A stretch of DNA of 64,000 nucleotides from Eledone cirrhosa (GCA_964016885.1 OZ024741.1:394196001-394260000), one strand, 5' to 3'; numbered from the stretch's first letter, positions 1 through 12,510 are shown. Numbers and translations are program-made. The notes: generated from the letters alone by a model not told the origin.

Positions 1-1480
1 GAAGCATTGCAAAAATATTCACTTTCATTACTTTTATTCTAAATAGCTGTTGACTTATGAAATATATCCGTAAACTGTACAAGAAGTGGCTACAATATTG
101 GAGGAATATTGATCAGACATTTGCGCTATATAGATGACATCAAGTTATATGTCACGTCCGATTCGGAGCTTGAAAATGTTTTTCAGACTGTAAATCTTTA
201 TATAGCTGTGATATCAATATGGAGTTTGCTTCTTGACAAATACACAGGGGCTACTTTCAAAAGGGAGGTGGATTGACCACGTTGGTAAACATTGCTAATG
301 GAATCAATCAGATATGATCCTAAAAACATGATCCTGATAAGTATACTCATCTGGAAAATAAGATGGAAGAAATTTACATTCTAAAAACCAAAAAAAACTA
401 TTGACAAAGTTTAGACTACATCAACTAAAGGTTGACATACATTACCAAATTATCAAATTAGTTATAATTGAGAATATTAAATTATACATAAGTACCGAAA
501 CCAGAACTACCTGTAAAAATACTTAAGAGCAGATAAAATGGATAAAATACAGCATACAAAAATGAAAATTAGGGAATAGTACTATAGAAGAGTAAGGTAA
601 TTCATTTAAAAACTGAGCTCAATGTCTACATTAAGATAGTAGCCATCTAGTTATTTATATATTATAGCTTCAATAAAATAAACTGGAAGTTCAGTGAATT
701 GAAAAAAAATTCTTAGAAAAGGCAAGAAAGTACTAACAGTGTTCCAAAGCCTCCACCCCAAAGCTGATATAGATAGAATTTACCTACCTCGCAAATAGAA
801 ACATACTAAAAAATAAAACAGAAGTACTAGAAAATGCTTAGAAATAAACCAAGAAAATCTGATAAGTGCCATAAAACTTTATATAAGGAAATAGACGTGC
901 TGGAAGAGCCACTTCACAGGGCTAGCACCTGCGGGCAGTCAACTCTTTGAGAGTGAAAAGGGACAATGAACTCTAAATATTTTCTAACGGTAGATGCCAG
1001 GACTTGAAAGTCCCAATATATTTACAGGCACGATTGAATCGGCACTACCTTTGTCTGCAGAAAAACAATCCCAACTCTTAGATGTGAAAACATTTATTAA
1101 CATGGTACATAACAACGATCTAGTAACAATCATCTTGAAGCTGCTTATTCAAATCGAAAATGCGATCAAAGTAAATAATCCTCAGATAATAATCAAGAAC
1201 AAACAAAAATACGTGCACGCTCGTATACACCACGATCATTTTTTACCAAAATATTGCCCGAAATGAAGAAGGTAAAACCGTCAAAATATAAGGATCACGT
1301 AAACCGAAACAACAGAATTCTAAAAGGAAAGTAAAAGCAGCAGCAATAATTATTGAAACCATAGGTATGATATAAATATGAGCAAAATCATACAAGTTAT
1401 GCCAGTGATTCCAACGTTACACACAGTCTAAAAATAACTTTGTTAGATACAGCCCACGATCTACGCAAGATACTGTAGAA
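1..1480 (+). mobile_element. Highly decayed R4/Dong-like non-LTR retrotransposon (RT to C-terminus)
   Basis: 121-150 reads LRYIDDIKLY (YxDD box of R4/Dong type). The 3' end ~1340-1480 reads IIIETIG...LLDTAHDLRKIL, like the R4 restriction-like endonuclease C-terminus. Many stops and frameshifts. Confidence 0.65.
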
Positions 1481-1699
1481 CACAAAGTTGAATAAATCGA
1501 CCCCAGTTCGTGCTGTACAGTTGCTTTATTTTAACGATTCCGTAAGGATGAAAGGTAAAGCTTAACGTCGGCGGCATTTGAAATCTGAACGTAAAAGGTC
1601 GCATGTATATGCCACACACACCAATATTATTTTACATAAATTTTACATAATTACAATATTATTTTACAATATTATTACAATATAAGTCGCAGGGCGGGT

Positions 1700-1882
1700 G
1701 TTTGGCGGTATCGGTAGAGGGTCGGGCGCCATGCTTTGAAGCATAGTTACCTCCTTTTATGATCTGAGTTCAAATCCCGCCGAGGTTAACTTTGTCTTTC
1801 ATCCTTCCAGGGTCGATAAAATAAAGTACCAGTAATACACTGAGATAATTGCTGGCCTTGTGCCAAAAGTAGAAACAATTAT
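1700..1882 (+). mobile_element. tRNA-derived SINE family A
   Basis: A-box TGGCGGTATCGG, B-box GAGTTCAAATCCC, core tcatccttccagggtcgataaaataaagtaccag, tail ggccttgtgccaaaagtagaaacaattatt. About 14 copies or fragments in the window. Confidence 0.85.
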
Positions 1883-2499
1883 TTTACATAAATTTTAAGT
1901 AACGTGTATACTCATGTAAAGTTGAATTTTGACTTATTTGTTGAGAAGTTAATTTCATACAACAATCCAAAATAATGTATCAATAAACGAAAGAACTCGA
2001 ATAACTTTAGATCGGGCATTGGCAATGTTTTTTTTTAATCAGTGGGGCGTGTGAGATATGGTATGTCATAAGGTTGGCAACACTACTAAAGAATTTTAAA
2101 ATGCTTTTTCATTATGTGCCATTAAGAAAGTCACACGGGCCACATGCAGCCCGCAAGTCACAGTTTCCCTATAATTGCTCCAGTATTACCGTACTGATAC
2201 CTTTATTTCCACGCATCAAAATACAATTTCCAAAACCAAAACACACAAATAAGGCAACATAACTCTTATTTTATAGAACATTATAGCTTAGTAAAATAAC
2301 GTTTTTTCATGATGACATTTATGTTCTGGATAAAACATTCATCCACAATTATGATTTGTTATCCGTGAAGAACTAGGGGGACTTTTACAGGATGAGCTCG
2401 GCAGGTCTCGCTTGAGATTCAGCTGAATCAATTGGAGACAGTCGCTTCCGGAAAGTGTGATTCAGAACTCTGTCCCCACGACCTTTCCAGGAATAAGTG

Positions 2500-2582
2500 G
2501 ACGAAAAATAAAAATAAAATGAGGTAAAAAATAAGGGGTTGACTTTTATATGGGATCAATATTTACTCGCGTATGTACGGCA
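2500..2582. mobile_element. Possible terminus of a Tc1/mariner-pogo-type DNA transposon
   Basis: gggttgacttttatatgggatcaatatttactcgcgtatgtacgg resembles ends of the type ...gacttatactcgagtatatacgg. No partner TIR found. Confidence 0.3.
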
Positions 2583-3249
2583 ATATAAATTTGCCTTTCA
2601 TCAGCAGAATTGGTCATTAAGTTAATGATTTTTTTTCTTCTTACAGTTGGTGAGAAGTATTAATCAAAATTGTAATTAATCAAAATTTGTTGGCTTAACA
2701 CATTACATTAACAACGATCACTCTTTTGTTATATATTTACTCCAGTTCTTCGTGATTTTATATGGTTGTTTCATTATTTGACAGCACTTATTTGTTTAGA
2801 AGAGTGGAAATAACCCGGTTCCTGGTCATAGCACCCAGGCACATAAACAAATTCACATGTATGTGTACGTGTCAGTATGTGTTTATGTACTTGAGATTGA
2901 GATTATAATGAGGAAACTGGTATAATTCTGGTCACATCTCCATTTATTATGAAACGTGGCTCATAAAAACTTGCAAAACAAGTATTATGAACCTTCAAAT
3001 TTAGTCCCAGTTTGAAATGTGTTTGTTTCTCCTGATTTCTTTTGTTACATGGTGGCTGCCAACCCGTTTCGAGTACGGCCACTACTTTATATCCATGTAG
3101 AAGAACCCCTACCGATCCGCTGAACGAGTGTGACTTTTTAGTCCAGCCAGGGACTTGAAAACTCTGGTTCAAACACTACACTTGTGACAATTATTGACAC
3201 ATAGTGCTGGGCCCATGGTACCATGTGACAAGTGTAGAGAGATCTCCAG

Positions 3250-3455
3250 ATATAAAGCAATGCCTGTGCCGTGAAGCTTTTATAGTGAGCAAAGGCACTG
3301 CACAAAGCCAGTCCCACTCTCTTAACCAAGATGATATTTACCAAAAAGAAGAACAAGTCAACATCATTGGATACCATCAGGGTTGCAGGTGTTATATCAG
3401 AGTTTTCCTTCTCCTAGAATTCTGCCTTGACAAAGGCTAAGAGGTCATCTCTCCC
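3250..3455 (-). repeat. Diverged copy of an RTE-5'UTR-like module
   Basis: Similar to 14500-14720 (gcaatgcctgtgc...ccttctcctagaa...gacaaaggctaag) and to the reverse complement of 5260-5480. Confidence 0.55.
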
Positions 3456-3459
3456 GGTG

Positions 3460-3650
3460 ATTTTGGATGGCCATTGACTCTTAAGAGCTCCTTTTCCCTT
3501 TGACAGGTTTTGTTTTTAGTCCTGCAGGATGTCCAAAGTCACCCTCCTCACCAAGAAACCTTGGTGGGTTTGCCAGTTTAGTCGTCAACGACCCGACCAT
3601 GGGACAGGTTGTACTGGGATACACGTTACCAATAGCACCAACTGGTGACC
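3460..3650 (-). repeat. Dispersed non-coding repeat module (copies at 4940-5130 and 45675-45830 in opposite orientation)
   Basis: Shared string gtcctgcagg...cctcaccaa...gccagtttagtcg...acgacccgaccatg.gacag.ttgtactgg. Confidence 0.7.
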
Positions 3651-3679
3651 TGGCCATATTTTGTTACATACATACAGAC

Positions 3680-4020
3680 ACAGACATACCAGATATTATG
3701 ATATGGGACAGGGAGAAGAAAGCATGCACAGTAGTGGAAATTAGCTGCCTAGCAGATACCAATATAATATCAAAGATTAGTGAAAAGGAGAAAATATTTA
3801 TGCAGAACTGATGAGAAATCTGCAGATACTCCACCCTGATTACATCTTCAGATTTATGCCTGTGATTATTGGGGCACTGGGATATGTTAGTAACTGCCTC
3901 AATACAAATCTTGAGAAGCTGGGCTTCATAGGAACAGAAAGAACATAACTAGTTAGGAAATTACAAATACAATCCATTAATGGGACAGTAAAAATATGTA
4001 AAACATTCCAAAAATGTTGC
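3680..4020 (+). pseudogene. R4/Dong-like restriction-like endonuclease fragment
   Basis: IPDIMIWDREKKACTVVEISC...KEK then, after a frameshift, LQILHPDYIFRFMPVIIGALGY...GTVKICKTF (PD..E..K motif). Confidence 0.8.
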
Positions 4021-4029
4021 ATCTACTGT

Positions 4030-4870
4030 TTTATCAGTGAAAATACAGTCCTCCTTGTTTTTAACTTTAGGATAGTAGCTCAAGAAGATAGATCCTCTAT
4101 GGGTCTCATAATAGTGTCTGGTACTTTAGCAAGTTGGGAACAGAATCAAATGCTTTCCTGTAGTCCAGTCAGTCTGTAGCCATATTCCTCCTAAGTTATC
4201 ACACCTTCGGCATCGCAGCTTTGTTAATTAGGAGTTGTTCAGCACACACCCAAACACCTTTCTACCCAGCTGCTTGCTCATCAGTAATGATATTATTACT
4301 GTCGAAGTATTACGGTTCAGGCAAGCTATAGACATTTTATACATCAGGTTCTGGCTTGCAATGGGTCGGTAGTCTTTTGCCAAGTGGATGTCTTTGTTCT
4401 TGGGGACCAATATTGATTGTGCTAGTGTCAACGACCCTAGTATATGTGCATCTCCCTTGAGAGCTTGTTGGTAGAGGTTGGTGAGATACATCCGGCAGAA
4501 TAACAGTTTTTTTGTACCAGTAAGCCAACAATCAATTCTGTTCCTGGTCGTTTCTTATCTTGGAGTTTTCCTATCACAGTCTCAAAGGTATCATCACTTA
4601 TTCTGTATGATTTTATAGTAGTAGGCGCAGTAGTTATTTTGGATCTCTTTTAGTCACACTGCATCTTATTTGAAATTTTTCTTTTCACCCCATATTTTTC
4701 TCCAGAAGGATTCTATGTCTTTCTGTGATGGAACCTCAGTGACATTTATTACTTTACTCTTCATATTTCTATGGACTGATGTTTGGTTTCGTTTGAATCT
4801 TTTATTAATTACTTTTCTTTCATCTAATCTCTTCTGGTATTCGAAGTTTCTCGCTGACAATTCTCAATTC
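4030..4870 (-). pseudogene. R4/Dong-like RT N-terminal fragment
   Basis: IESFWRKIW, AKDYRPIASQNLMYK, EQLLINKA, WLDYRKAFDSVP across frameshifts. Confidence 0.8.
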
Positions 4871-4890
4871 TTGTTTGTGGGTGATCAGCT

Positions 4891-4922
<32 letters not shown>

Positions 4923-5204
4923 TGTATGTATGTATGTATGGGTCACTTTTGAGTGCTAGTGGTAACATGTAATCCAGTACAACCTGTCGCATGGTCGGGT
5001 CGTTGGCAACTAAACCGGCAACCCCCTCCCCCCAGTTTACTTGGTGAAGAGGGAGATTTTGAACACCCTGCAGGACAAAAAACAAGACCTGATAAAGGTC
5101 GGAAGAACTCATAAATGTCAAGGGCCATCCGAAAATATGTAAATATGTATATACATATTTATATATTTGTTTTATGTTTATACATGTATACATATGTATG
5201 TATA

Positions 5205-5560
5205 TGCGCGGGGACATAGAAATAATCGGGCTGGATACCCGATCGCGCGGTTAAACCACTGGGAGTGAAGGACCCTTAGCTTTTGTCAGGGCATTCTTCT
5301 AGGAGAAGGCAACTCAGGAAACTGGGATAACTCCGACATAAAACCTGCGACCCAGTAGTTACCGATGATGTTGATCTTTTCTTCTTTTCGGGTTATAGCT
5401 TCTGTAGCTCAGAGAGTGGGATTGGCTCAGTGCACAGTCTTTCCTCACTTTAAAAAAAATCTTCACGCACAGGCATTGCACAATACAATTAATTGATAAT
5501 TACTAATAACGTTATATCGTGCAATGGCCATACTCGATAACGAGGGGACAGCCATCATGT
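5205..5560 (+). repeat. RTE-5'UTR-like non-coding module
   Basis: gggagtgaaggaccc...ctaggagaaggcaactc...aaaacctgc matches the leader of the RTE at 46175-46250. Near-full reverse copy at 14368-14775. Confidence 0.7.
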
Positions 5561-5659
5561 ATGCATGTATGTATATTTTTCTCTTTCTGTTAATTTTCAG
5601 TACAATTTTGACCGGCCACCTTCCTGGTGGCTGGCTAGGTTGTAAAAGAAAAGAAATTG

Positions 5660-6310
5660 ACATCCCTTGAATCGCAAAAAATGTTTTGCAAACTTTGAAG
5701 GTGCCAGCTATGACAGCCATTTGTAGTCTATGAATTAGGGAGCTGTGCTCTTTGTCCAAAAATCGAAGTTCAGTGATACTTTGGTCAAGCGGGTTATTAT
5801 ATAACCTGTATCGCCAATAATAATGGGTATGAAATTGAAGGTGTATCTTGGATACTGGATCTGCAAATACCTCATCAATTGTCCGTAGATGTCTTCCTTC
5901 TCCTGTATTTTTCTTACAACGTTTACATCAAGTGGGCAGCTGATCTCTACAACAGAGCACTTTTTCAATGTGTGGTCCCAAACAACAATAGCAGGCCAGT
6001 TGTGCTTTAATTAGGTGGCAGTTTTTATTTTCAAGTCCCACTAGTATTCTTTAGTGTCATCTATCTCAACATATTCCTCCTCATTCGTTTTTAATTTTGT
6101 TTTCCTAAATGCGTTCCAGATGGTTCTAGCTATCACATCGTGTCTCATAGAGAGGTAGTAACAAGACGACATTCTTTCACAGTTCGTAATAATGTGGCTT
6201 ACATCTTTGATCTTTGATTTACATAGCCATTTATTGTCGACATTTATTGCCCTCCCCTTTTGCGTAGCAGATATTTGGTAGGGATTTCTTGTTCCTGTAT
6301 TGCATAGAGA
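5660..6310 (-). pseudogene. R4/Dong-like 3' end: CCHC knuckle plus restriction-like endonuclease
   Basis: KCR..CK....DVSHIITNC...RHDVIAR, then VVEISCPLDVNVVRKIQEKEDIY...FIPIIIGDTGY...GTFKVCKTF. Confidence 0.8.
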
Positions 6311-7178
6311 ACTCCATGCCAGGTTTCTTTAATGATTTATCCCCTCTATGGTCTGTGTTTTTCGTCTCAGGTACCCATGCACAACTTTCTCTGTAAATTG
6401 GTCCATTTTTTGTATGTATGTGTAGCGAATGTGAATGTAGCGAATATGTGTTTTGGAGTTGCTGTAGTTTGTGTTTGTTGCTGTTATTCATTTGAGCGTG
6501 GCATGCACCAGAAAGAGTCGAATTTTGATGGTTAAGTTTGTGCAGAAGTAAATGTGTGTTGGGTGATATATACGGATGTGGTAAATGTGGGTGTGTAGTG
6601 TGGTGGCTGGAGTTATGTGTGTGTATATGTGGGTGTCTTTGTGGCAGCAAGGATAAAGGGAGGTTATAGGAACTGTTGTGGGGAAATGAGTCCATTATAT
6701 ATAGATATACGTAGATACATATATACACATCCTCCTGTACACACACATATATGTGCACCTAGCTTCATATGGTCGCCGACGTCCCGACCATGCGTCAAGT
6801 TTTACTGGAATACATTTTAACATAGCGCTCTACAGCGACGTGACATAATATAAATATATATACACTCTCAGGTCTCGAATACTCGCACTCCCCGGCTTAT
6901 TAATTTTTCAAATGTTTTCCAACCTTTCCCCCGCTCTTATCACCCCAACCCCCTTATCAAATTTTGCTAATCCATCTCCGACGAAATTTTATTTTATGTG
7001 GTAGCATTTTTGCGACAATTAATTTTCTTTATGTATTCAAAAACGTGATACTTGACAAAAAAGAACTTTACAAGAAATCTCAGGCATTTTAAAATAATTA
7101 GAATGGTTGGGGAGTCAATATCTAAACCAAACAACTAATTCTGGTTTTAAAAATATCAACGGACACAACCTAGAAAAA

Positions 7179-7219
<41 letters not shown>

Positions 7220-7221
7220 TG

Positions 7222-7341
7222 AATGAAAAGATTCAGGACCCCTACGGCTGAGCGCTGACCGCTTCGACAGCTAGATCTTGCTGTCGGCTCAGGCTGTCGA
7301 AACGGCCGGAGCTCAGCCGTTGGGGTCATGAATCTTTTCAT
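7222..7341. repeat. Fold-back hairpin of a dispersed family (also 44915-44965 and 56641-56732)
   Basis: atgaaaagattcaggacccctacggctgagc...gctcagccgttggggtcatgaatcttttcat. Confidence 0.8.
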
Positions 7342-7431
7342 ATTACCCCTTCTACTACCCCAAATACACAAATCTATACAGCGATGTCTGAGCGACACTT
7401 ATATATATGCACATTTATATATGTATATGTT

Positions 7432-7463
<32 letters not shown>

Positions 7464-7468
<5 letters not shown>

Positions 7469-8928
7469 GTGGTTACACAACAGTTAGTTCACCATACCGA
7501 GAACAATTGTTTCACCTTAGCGGATCCTCAGCTCGGAATGGGCATGGTTATATGAACAGGAAGGACAACCGTACGAACGCGCATGCGCAGAAACCCGGTC
7601 ACTTCGCACAGGCAATACTAGACTGCGTGCGAGAGGTGTAAGGGAGATAACTGCGAGAGTCCGAAAAGTTTTTAAGTTGAAAATAAAATTACAAAGAATC
7701 AGTACGGAGCCTTGTAGTTATGCAATAGGTGTTTGGCGACGTGTGGACAACGTGTGAAAAATTCATTTCTCGTATTTAGGCAATCACTATTGCGTAATCT
7801 CTTTAGAATAGTTATTCGTTCGTCAATACATAAGCCACACGTCGGATTTCCCCTTGCGTATGGCTTGGACTTAGTGATGGCTTTCCATTGAATGGAGTAG
7901 TCTATACTCGAGTCCATGAGGGACCATACGTGGCTCGCGAGTTTCGTGGATGAATGTCTGTCCGGGTACGTGAAGGTAGACTGGTGGTTCAGGAAACCTT
8001 CCTTAAATCGGCCCTCCGCCATGCCCACATAGGATTTGACCTCCTGTGGTTCGTTTGGTCGGTTGGAAGTGATCACAGCTTCATAAATCACAGCTGGTGT
8101 TGCATTGCTGTTGAAGGGGGAAAGCTTCAGGCTTACGGCAAGAGCACCCTGGTGGGGTGTTGCTCCTAGGGCTGCTGGTGATGTGGGCCTTCATGTTCTT
8201 AGTGCAGGAGTATCCTAGTTTAACTTTGTGTCGGTTAAAGATGGAGCGGTATTTATGACCTATGGGAAAGTGTTTATCTAAGACGGCTAGAATTTTTTTT
8301 CCTACATTGGTTTTAACGTTGAGTGAGAAGGGAGGAGAGAACCAGATAGTTTGTCTATTGTTGCGCTTACTTTTCTTAATGGTGTTGTTGCTAGTAGGAG
8401 AGTAAGTGATAGGTTGTGAGAAACCGCTGTTAGCCAACGCCGTGTTATAGTAGGGTGCCGCCCTGTCAAAGATAGCCTTATTAGAGGAGAGGTTTGAGAT
8501 TCTAGTACTGATATTCTTAACGAAGTTTCTAAAAACAGTGGGAGGGTGGCATGAGTCCTTGTGAATATAATTGAGTTTCTCGTTTAGCTTATGGAAGGGT
8601 CTGTGGGTGGGTGTGCGAAGGTCTAAATTAATGTCTAAGAAATCTACGCTAGAGAGATTGGTGGCTACTGTTATCGTAAGTCCTAACTCATTGAAGGTAG
8701 AAGCTAAGTCTTTTTTAAACCGGTCGAGGTCGTGACCACTTTTATGACTCGATAAAGTCAGTCCATCGTCGCGGTATATTCCCGTGTGGAAGTCCCGTAA
8801 TATGTCTAAGATAAATAGGCCAACCAAGTCACATACGTCAGCACTGTCAAACGATCCCATGGAGACGCCGAATAGGTCTGAAGTTGTAGACGTCTTTGCC
8901 CAGGCTACTGCGCCGTTGAAGAGGAGGG
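7464..8928 (-). mobile_element. PLE (Naiad-like) RT + GIY-YIG, left arm of a palindrome
   Basis: ORFs 8081-8935 (MGSFDSADVCDLVGLFIL, GIYRDDGL, VDFLDI, CSCRKPEA.PLQQQC) and 7699-8091 (IYEA..SYVGMAEGRFK, CGLC, RCPH), separated by a frameshift. Confidence 0.9.
7497..7536 (-). ncRNA. Minimal type-I hammerhead ribozyme
   Basis: Minus strand: ccgag CTGAGGA tccgctaaggt GAAA caattg TT ctcgg. Stem I ccgag/ctcgg, palindromic stem III acaattgt, weak stem II. Confidence 0.75.
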
Positions 8929-10495
8929 AAATCATCGCTCACTGCCGGAAAACCCTCCTCTTCAACGACGGAGTAGCCTGGGCAAAGAAGTCTACAACTT
9001 CAGACCTGTTCGACGTCTCCATGGGATCGTTTAACAGTGCTGACGTATGTGACTTGGTTGGCCTATTTATCTTAGACATATTACGTGTTAGATTCCCGGA
9101 CTTCCACACGGGAATATACTGCGACGATGGACTGACTTTATCGAGCCATAAAAGTGGTCACAACCTCGACCGGTTCAAAAAAGACTTAGCTTCTACCTTC
9201 AATGAGTTAGGACTTACGATAACAGTAGCCACCAACCTCTCTAGCGTGGATTTCTTAGACATTAATTTAGAGCTTCGCACACCCACAGACCCTTCCATAA
9301 GCTAAACGAGAAACTCAATTATATTCACAAGGACTCGTGCCACCTTCCCACTGTTTTTAGAAACTTCGTTAAGAATATCAGTACTAGAATCTCAAACCTC
9401 TCCTCTAATAAGGCTATCTTTGACAGGGCGGCACCCTACTATAACACGGCGTTGGCTAACAGCGGCTTCTCACAACCTATCACTTACTCTCCTACTAGCA
9501 ACAACACCATTAAGAAAAGTAAGCGCAACAATAGACAAACTATCTGGTTCTCTCCTCCCTTCTCACTCAACGTTAAAACCAATGTAGGAAAAAAAAATTC
9601 TAGCCGTCTTAGATAGACACTTTCCCATAGGTCATAAATACCGCTCCATCTTTAACCGACATAAAGTTAAACTAGGATACTCCTGCACTAAGAACATGAA
9701 GGCCCACATCACCAGCAGCCCTAGGAGCAACACTCCACCAGGTTGCTCTTGCCGTAAGCCTGAAGCTTGCCCCCCTTCAACAGCAATGCAACACACCAGC
9801 TGTAATTTATGAAGCTGTGGTCACTTCCAACCGACCAAACGAACCACAGGAGGTCAAATCCTATGTTGTCATGGCGGAGGGCCGATTTAAGGAAGGTTTC
9901 CTGAACCATAAGTCTACCTTCAAGTACCCGGACAGACGTTCATCCACGAAACTCGCGAGCCACGTATGGTCCCTCAAGGACTCGAGTATAGACTACTCCA
10001 TTCAATGGAAAGCCATCACTAAGTCCAAGCCATACGCAAGGGGAAATCCGACGTGTTGCTTATGTATTGACAAACGAATAACTATTCTAAAGAGATTACG
10101 CAATAGTGATTGCCTAAACACGAGGAATGAATTTTTCACACGTTGTCCACACGTCGCCAAACACCTATTGCATAACTACAAGGCTCCGTACTGATTCTTT
10201 GTAATTTTATTTTCAACTTAAAAACTTTTCGGACTCTCGCAATTATCTCCCTTACACCTCTCGCATGCAGTCTAGTATTGCCTGTGTGAAGTGACCGGGT
10301 TTCTGCGCATGCCCGTTCGTACGGTTGTCCTTCCTGTTCCTATAACCATGCCCATTCCGAGCTGAGGATCCGCTAAAGTGAAACAATTGTTCTCGGTATG
10401 GTGAACTAACTGTTGTGTAACCACTTCTACCCAACTCGTCCCATGGACCGAGTGCTCTACCACTACGGATATTACCTTCCAGTGTTCCACCACTA
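8929..10495 (+). mobile_element. PLE (Naiad-like) RT + GIY-YIG, right arm of a palindrome
   Basis: HCRKTLLFNDG...GIYCDDGL, CSCRKPEACP, ORF 9817-10194 GIY-YIG C-terminal half. Reverse complement of 7464-8928 with different lesions. Confidence 0.9.
10357..10396 (+). ncRNA. Minimal type-I hammerhead ribozyme
   Basis: ccgag CTGAGGA tccgctaaagt GAAA caattg TT ctcgg, in the PLE 3' UTR. Confidence 0.72.
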
Positions 10496-10499
10496 TATA

Positions 10500-10560
<61 letters not shown>

Positions 10561-10750
10561 ATAAAAAAATCTGAGGCCATATTCATTTGATTTGGGTTTA
10601 TTAAAATCCGTAATGTATATTTCGCTGAGGACTGTCATTTTTGACAGCATGTGCTTCTCAAACGGTAAACCTAAAAAACAATGAAATATCATTTAAAAAA
10701 ACCTTTCAATTTGGAAAAGGTTTACTTTTCTTGTTTTGATACAGGGGGCC

Positions 10751-10820
10751 GACTGGGCGTGTCATGTTATTTCCTCAACAAGAGGCCGATCGTTGAGGAA
10801 ATAACATAACACGCCCGGTC
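10751..10820. repeat. Short inverted repeat
   Basis: gactgggcgtgtcatgttatttcctcaac / gttgaggaaataacataacacgcccggtc. Confidence 0.85.
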
Positions 10821-11120
10821 ATGCCACCCAGCTCGCAAATCATGTATGGAGCCTTAAAAACAACGGCCCACTTTTCCCCATCAAATGGAGCATATTAGAA
10901 AGATTGGATTCTTTGAGACAGCTAGAAAATATTATTTTTGTTCTATTTTTGTTTTATCTTGACCGTGGTCTCGCAAGTGTTACCTCCTATGATCTTTCTT
11001 TCTAATTAAAAAAAATGAGTTGGGGTCCAGAACCCAACGAAACTTAAGTGCCTATTCATTTATGTCACTGTTATAATTATACATATATATATAATTATAT
11101 AATTATATAATTATATATAT

Positions 11121-11318
11121 AAATGTAATCTGAGTTTTTCAAATATTAATAATAATTCGAATATTAATAATAATATTTGATTCGTTTGCAATTATGCTAA
11201 CAAGCCTCATTTTTAAAGCCATGTCAGTAGAATGAACCCTTCATTCTTGCTCTTGCGTTGGCATTGCAAACGAATCGAATATTATTATTAATATTCGAAA
11301 AATTCAGATTACATTTAT
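11121..11318. repeat. Imperfect inverted repeat
   Basis: aatgtaatctga...gattcgtttgcaat / attgcaaacgaatcg...tcagattacatt. Confidence 0.75.
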
Positions 11319-11491
11319 TGTATTCAGCCATGTAGAGCGAACATTTATATATATATATTCTCTGACGCATTTTAATTGCGTATATATATATAATATTAAG
11401 GATACTATTTATAACTATGTATATGTTAAACTATAAACAGGGAAGGTCAGTAATTTATTACTACCTTATTACCAGTAAGATAAATAGCTCA

Positions 11492-11525
<34 letters not shown>

Positions 11526-11585
11526 TCTGACGCATTTTAATTGCGTATATATATATATATATTCTCTGACGCATTTTAATTGCGA

Positions 11586-11622
<37 letters not shown>

Positions 11623-11669
11623 AAGAGAAAAATATATATAGAAAAATATATATATCGAAAAAAAATTTT

Positions 11670-12510
11670 TTTTTTCTTTTTTTGTCTCTCTCTCTTTTCT
11701 TAAATGATTAAAACGAAATATTTTACTTTGTGTGAAGTGTTAAGGTATTAGTTGATTTATTTATTATTTAACAATGGCATTTATTTATCTATTTATATAT
11801 TTAATTATTGTCTATTACCGGTTTCAGCATTTATATGCATTATCAAATGATAGTTAAATGTATTAGTGTGGTGTCGCACATGTTAAACAGAAGGTGCAGA
11901 AAGAATAATGTTATATACAAACAAGGTTTAAGAAGTGAAAAGAAAAAAGAAAAAGGAAAAAAAACGTGCATAATGTGGAACGTAAAAAGTCAATGTGGAA
12001 GAAAAAATAATGTTATTTACAAGCACAGTCATTGAAGTTAAGCAGTTCAAAATGTGTTAATATCGCAAGAGTGCTTAGTTGAACCATGGTTCCATGAAGG
12101 AGGCAAATGGTGGACAGTCCACCATTTGCCTCCTTGACTGTGCTTGTAAATAACATTATTTTTTCTTCCACATTGACTTTTTACGTTCCACATTATGCAC
12201 GTTTTTTTTTCCTTTTTCTTTTTTCTTTTCACTTCTTAAACCTTGTTTGTATATAACATTATTCTTTCTGCACCTTCTGTTTAACATGTGCGACACCACA
12301 CTAATACATTTCACTATCATTTGATAATGCATATAAATACAGAAACCGGTAATAGACAATAATTAAATATATAAATAGATAAATAAATGCCATTGTTAAA
12401 TAATAAATAAATCAACTAATACCTTAACACTTCACACAAAGTAAAACATTTCGTTTTAATCATTTTCTAACCCAGAAAAAAGAGAGAGAGAGACAAAAAA
12501 AGGAAAAAAA
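11670..12510. repeat. ~840-bp palindrome centred on 12116
   Basis: Centre aaggaggcaaatggtggac-a-gtccaccatttgcctcctt. Arms near-identical (mirror ORFs 11808+ and 12156-). The right arm lacks ~65 bp. Confidence 0.92.

Noticed and set aside
1700-1790. tRNA gene
   Set aside because: A/B boxes belong to a multi-copy SINE head; no cloverleaf.
5260-5345. HDV-like ribozyme in the RTE-leader module
   Set aside because: A possible P1 (gggagtg/cattctt) is GU-rich and not preserved in the copy at ~3400-3455; the nested pseudoknot could not be built.
7699-10194. Selenocysteine-recoded Naiad ORF
   Set aside because: Conserved Cys positions use TGC/TGT, and the breaks are frameshifts, not in-frame TGA.
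10624-10655. Hammerhead candidate CTGAGGA ctgtca-tttt-tgacag
   Set aside because: No GAAA after the stem and no stem I or III.
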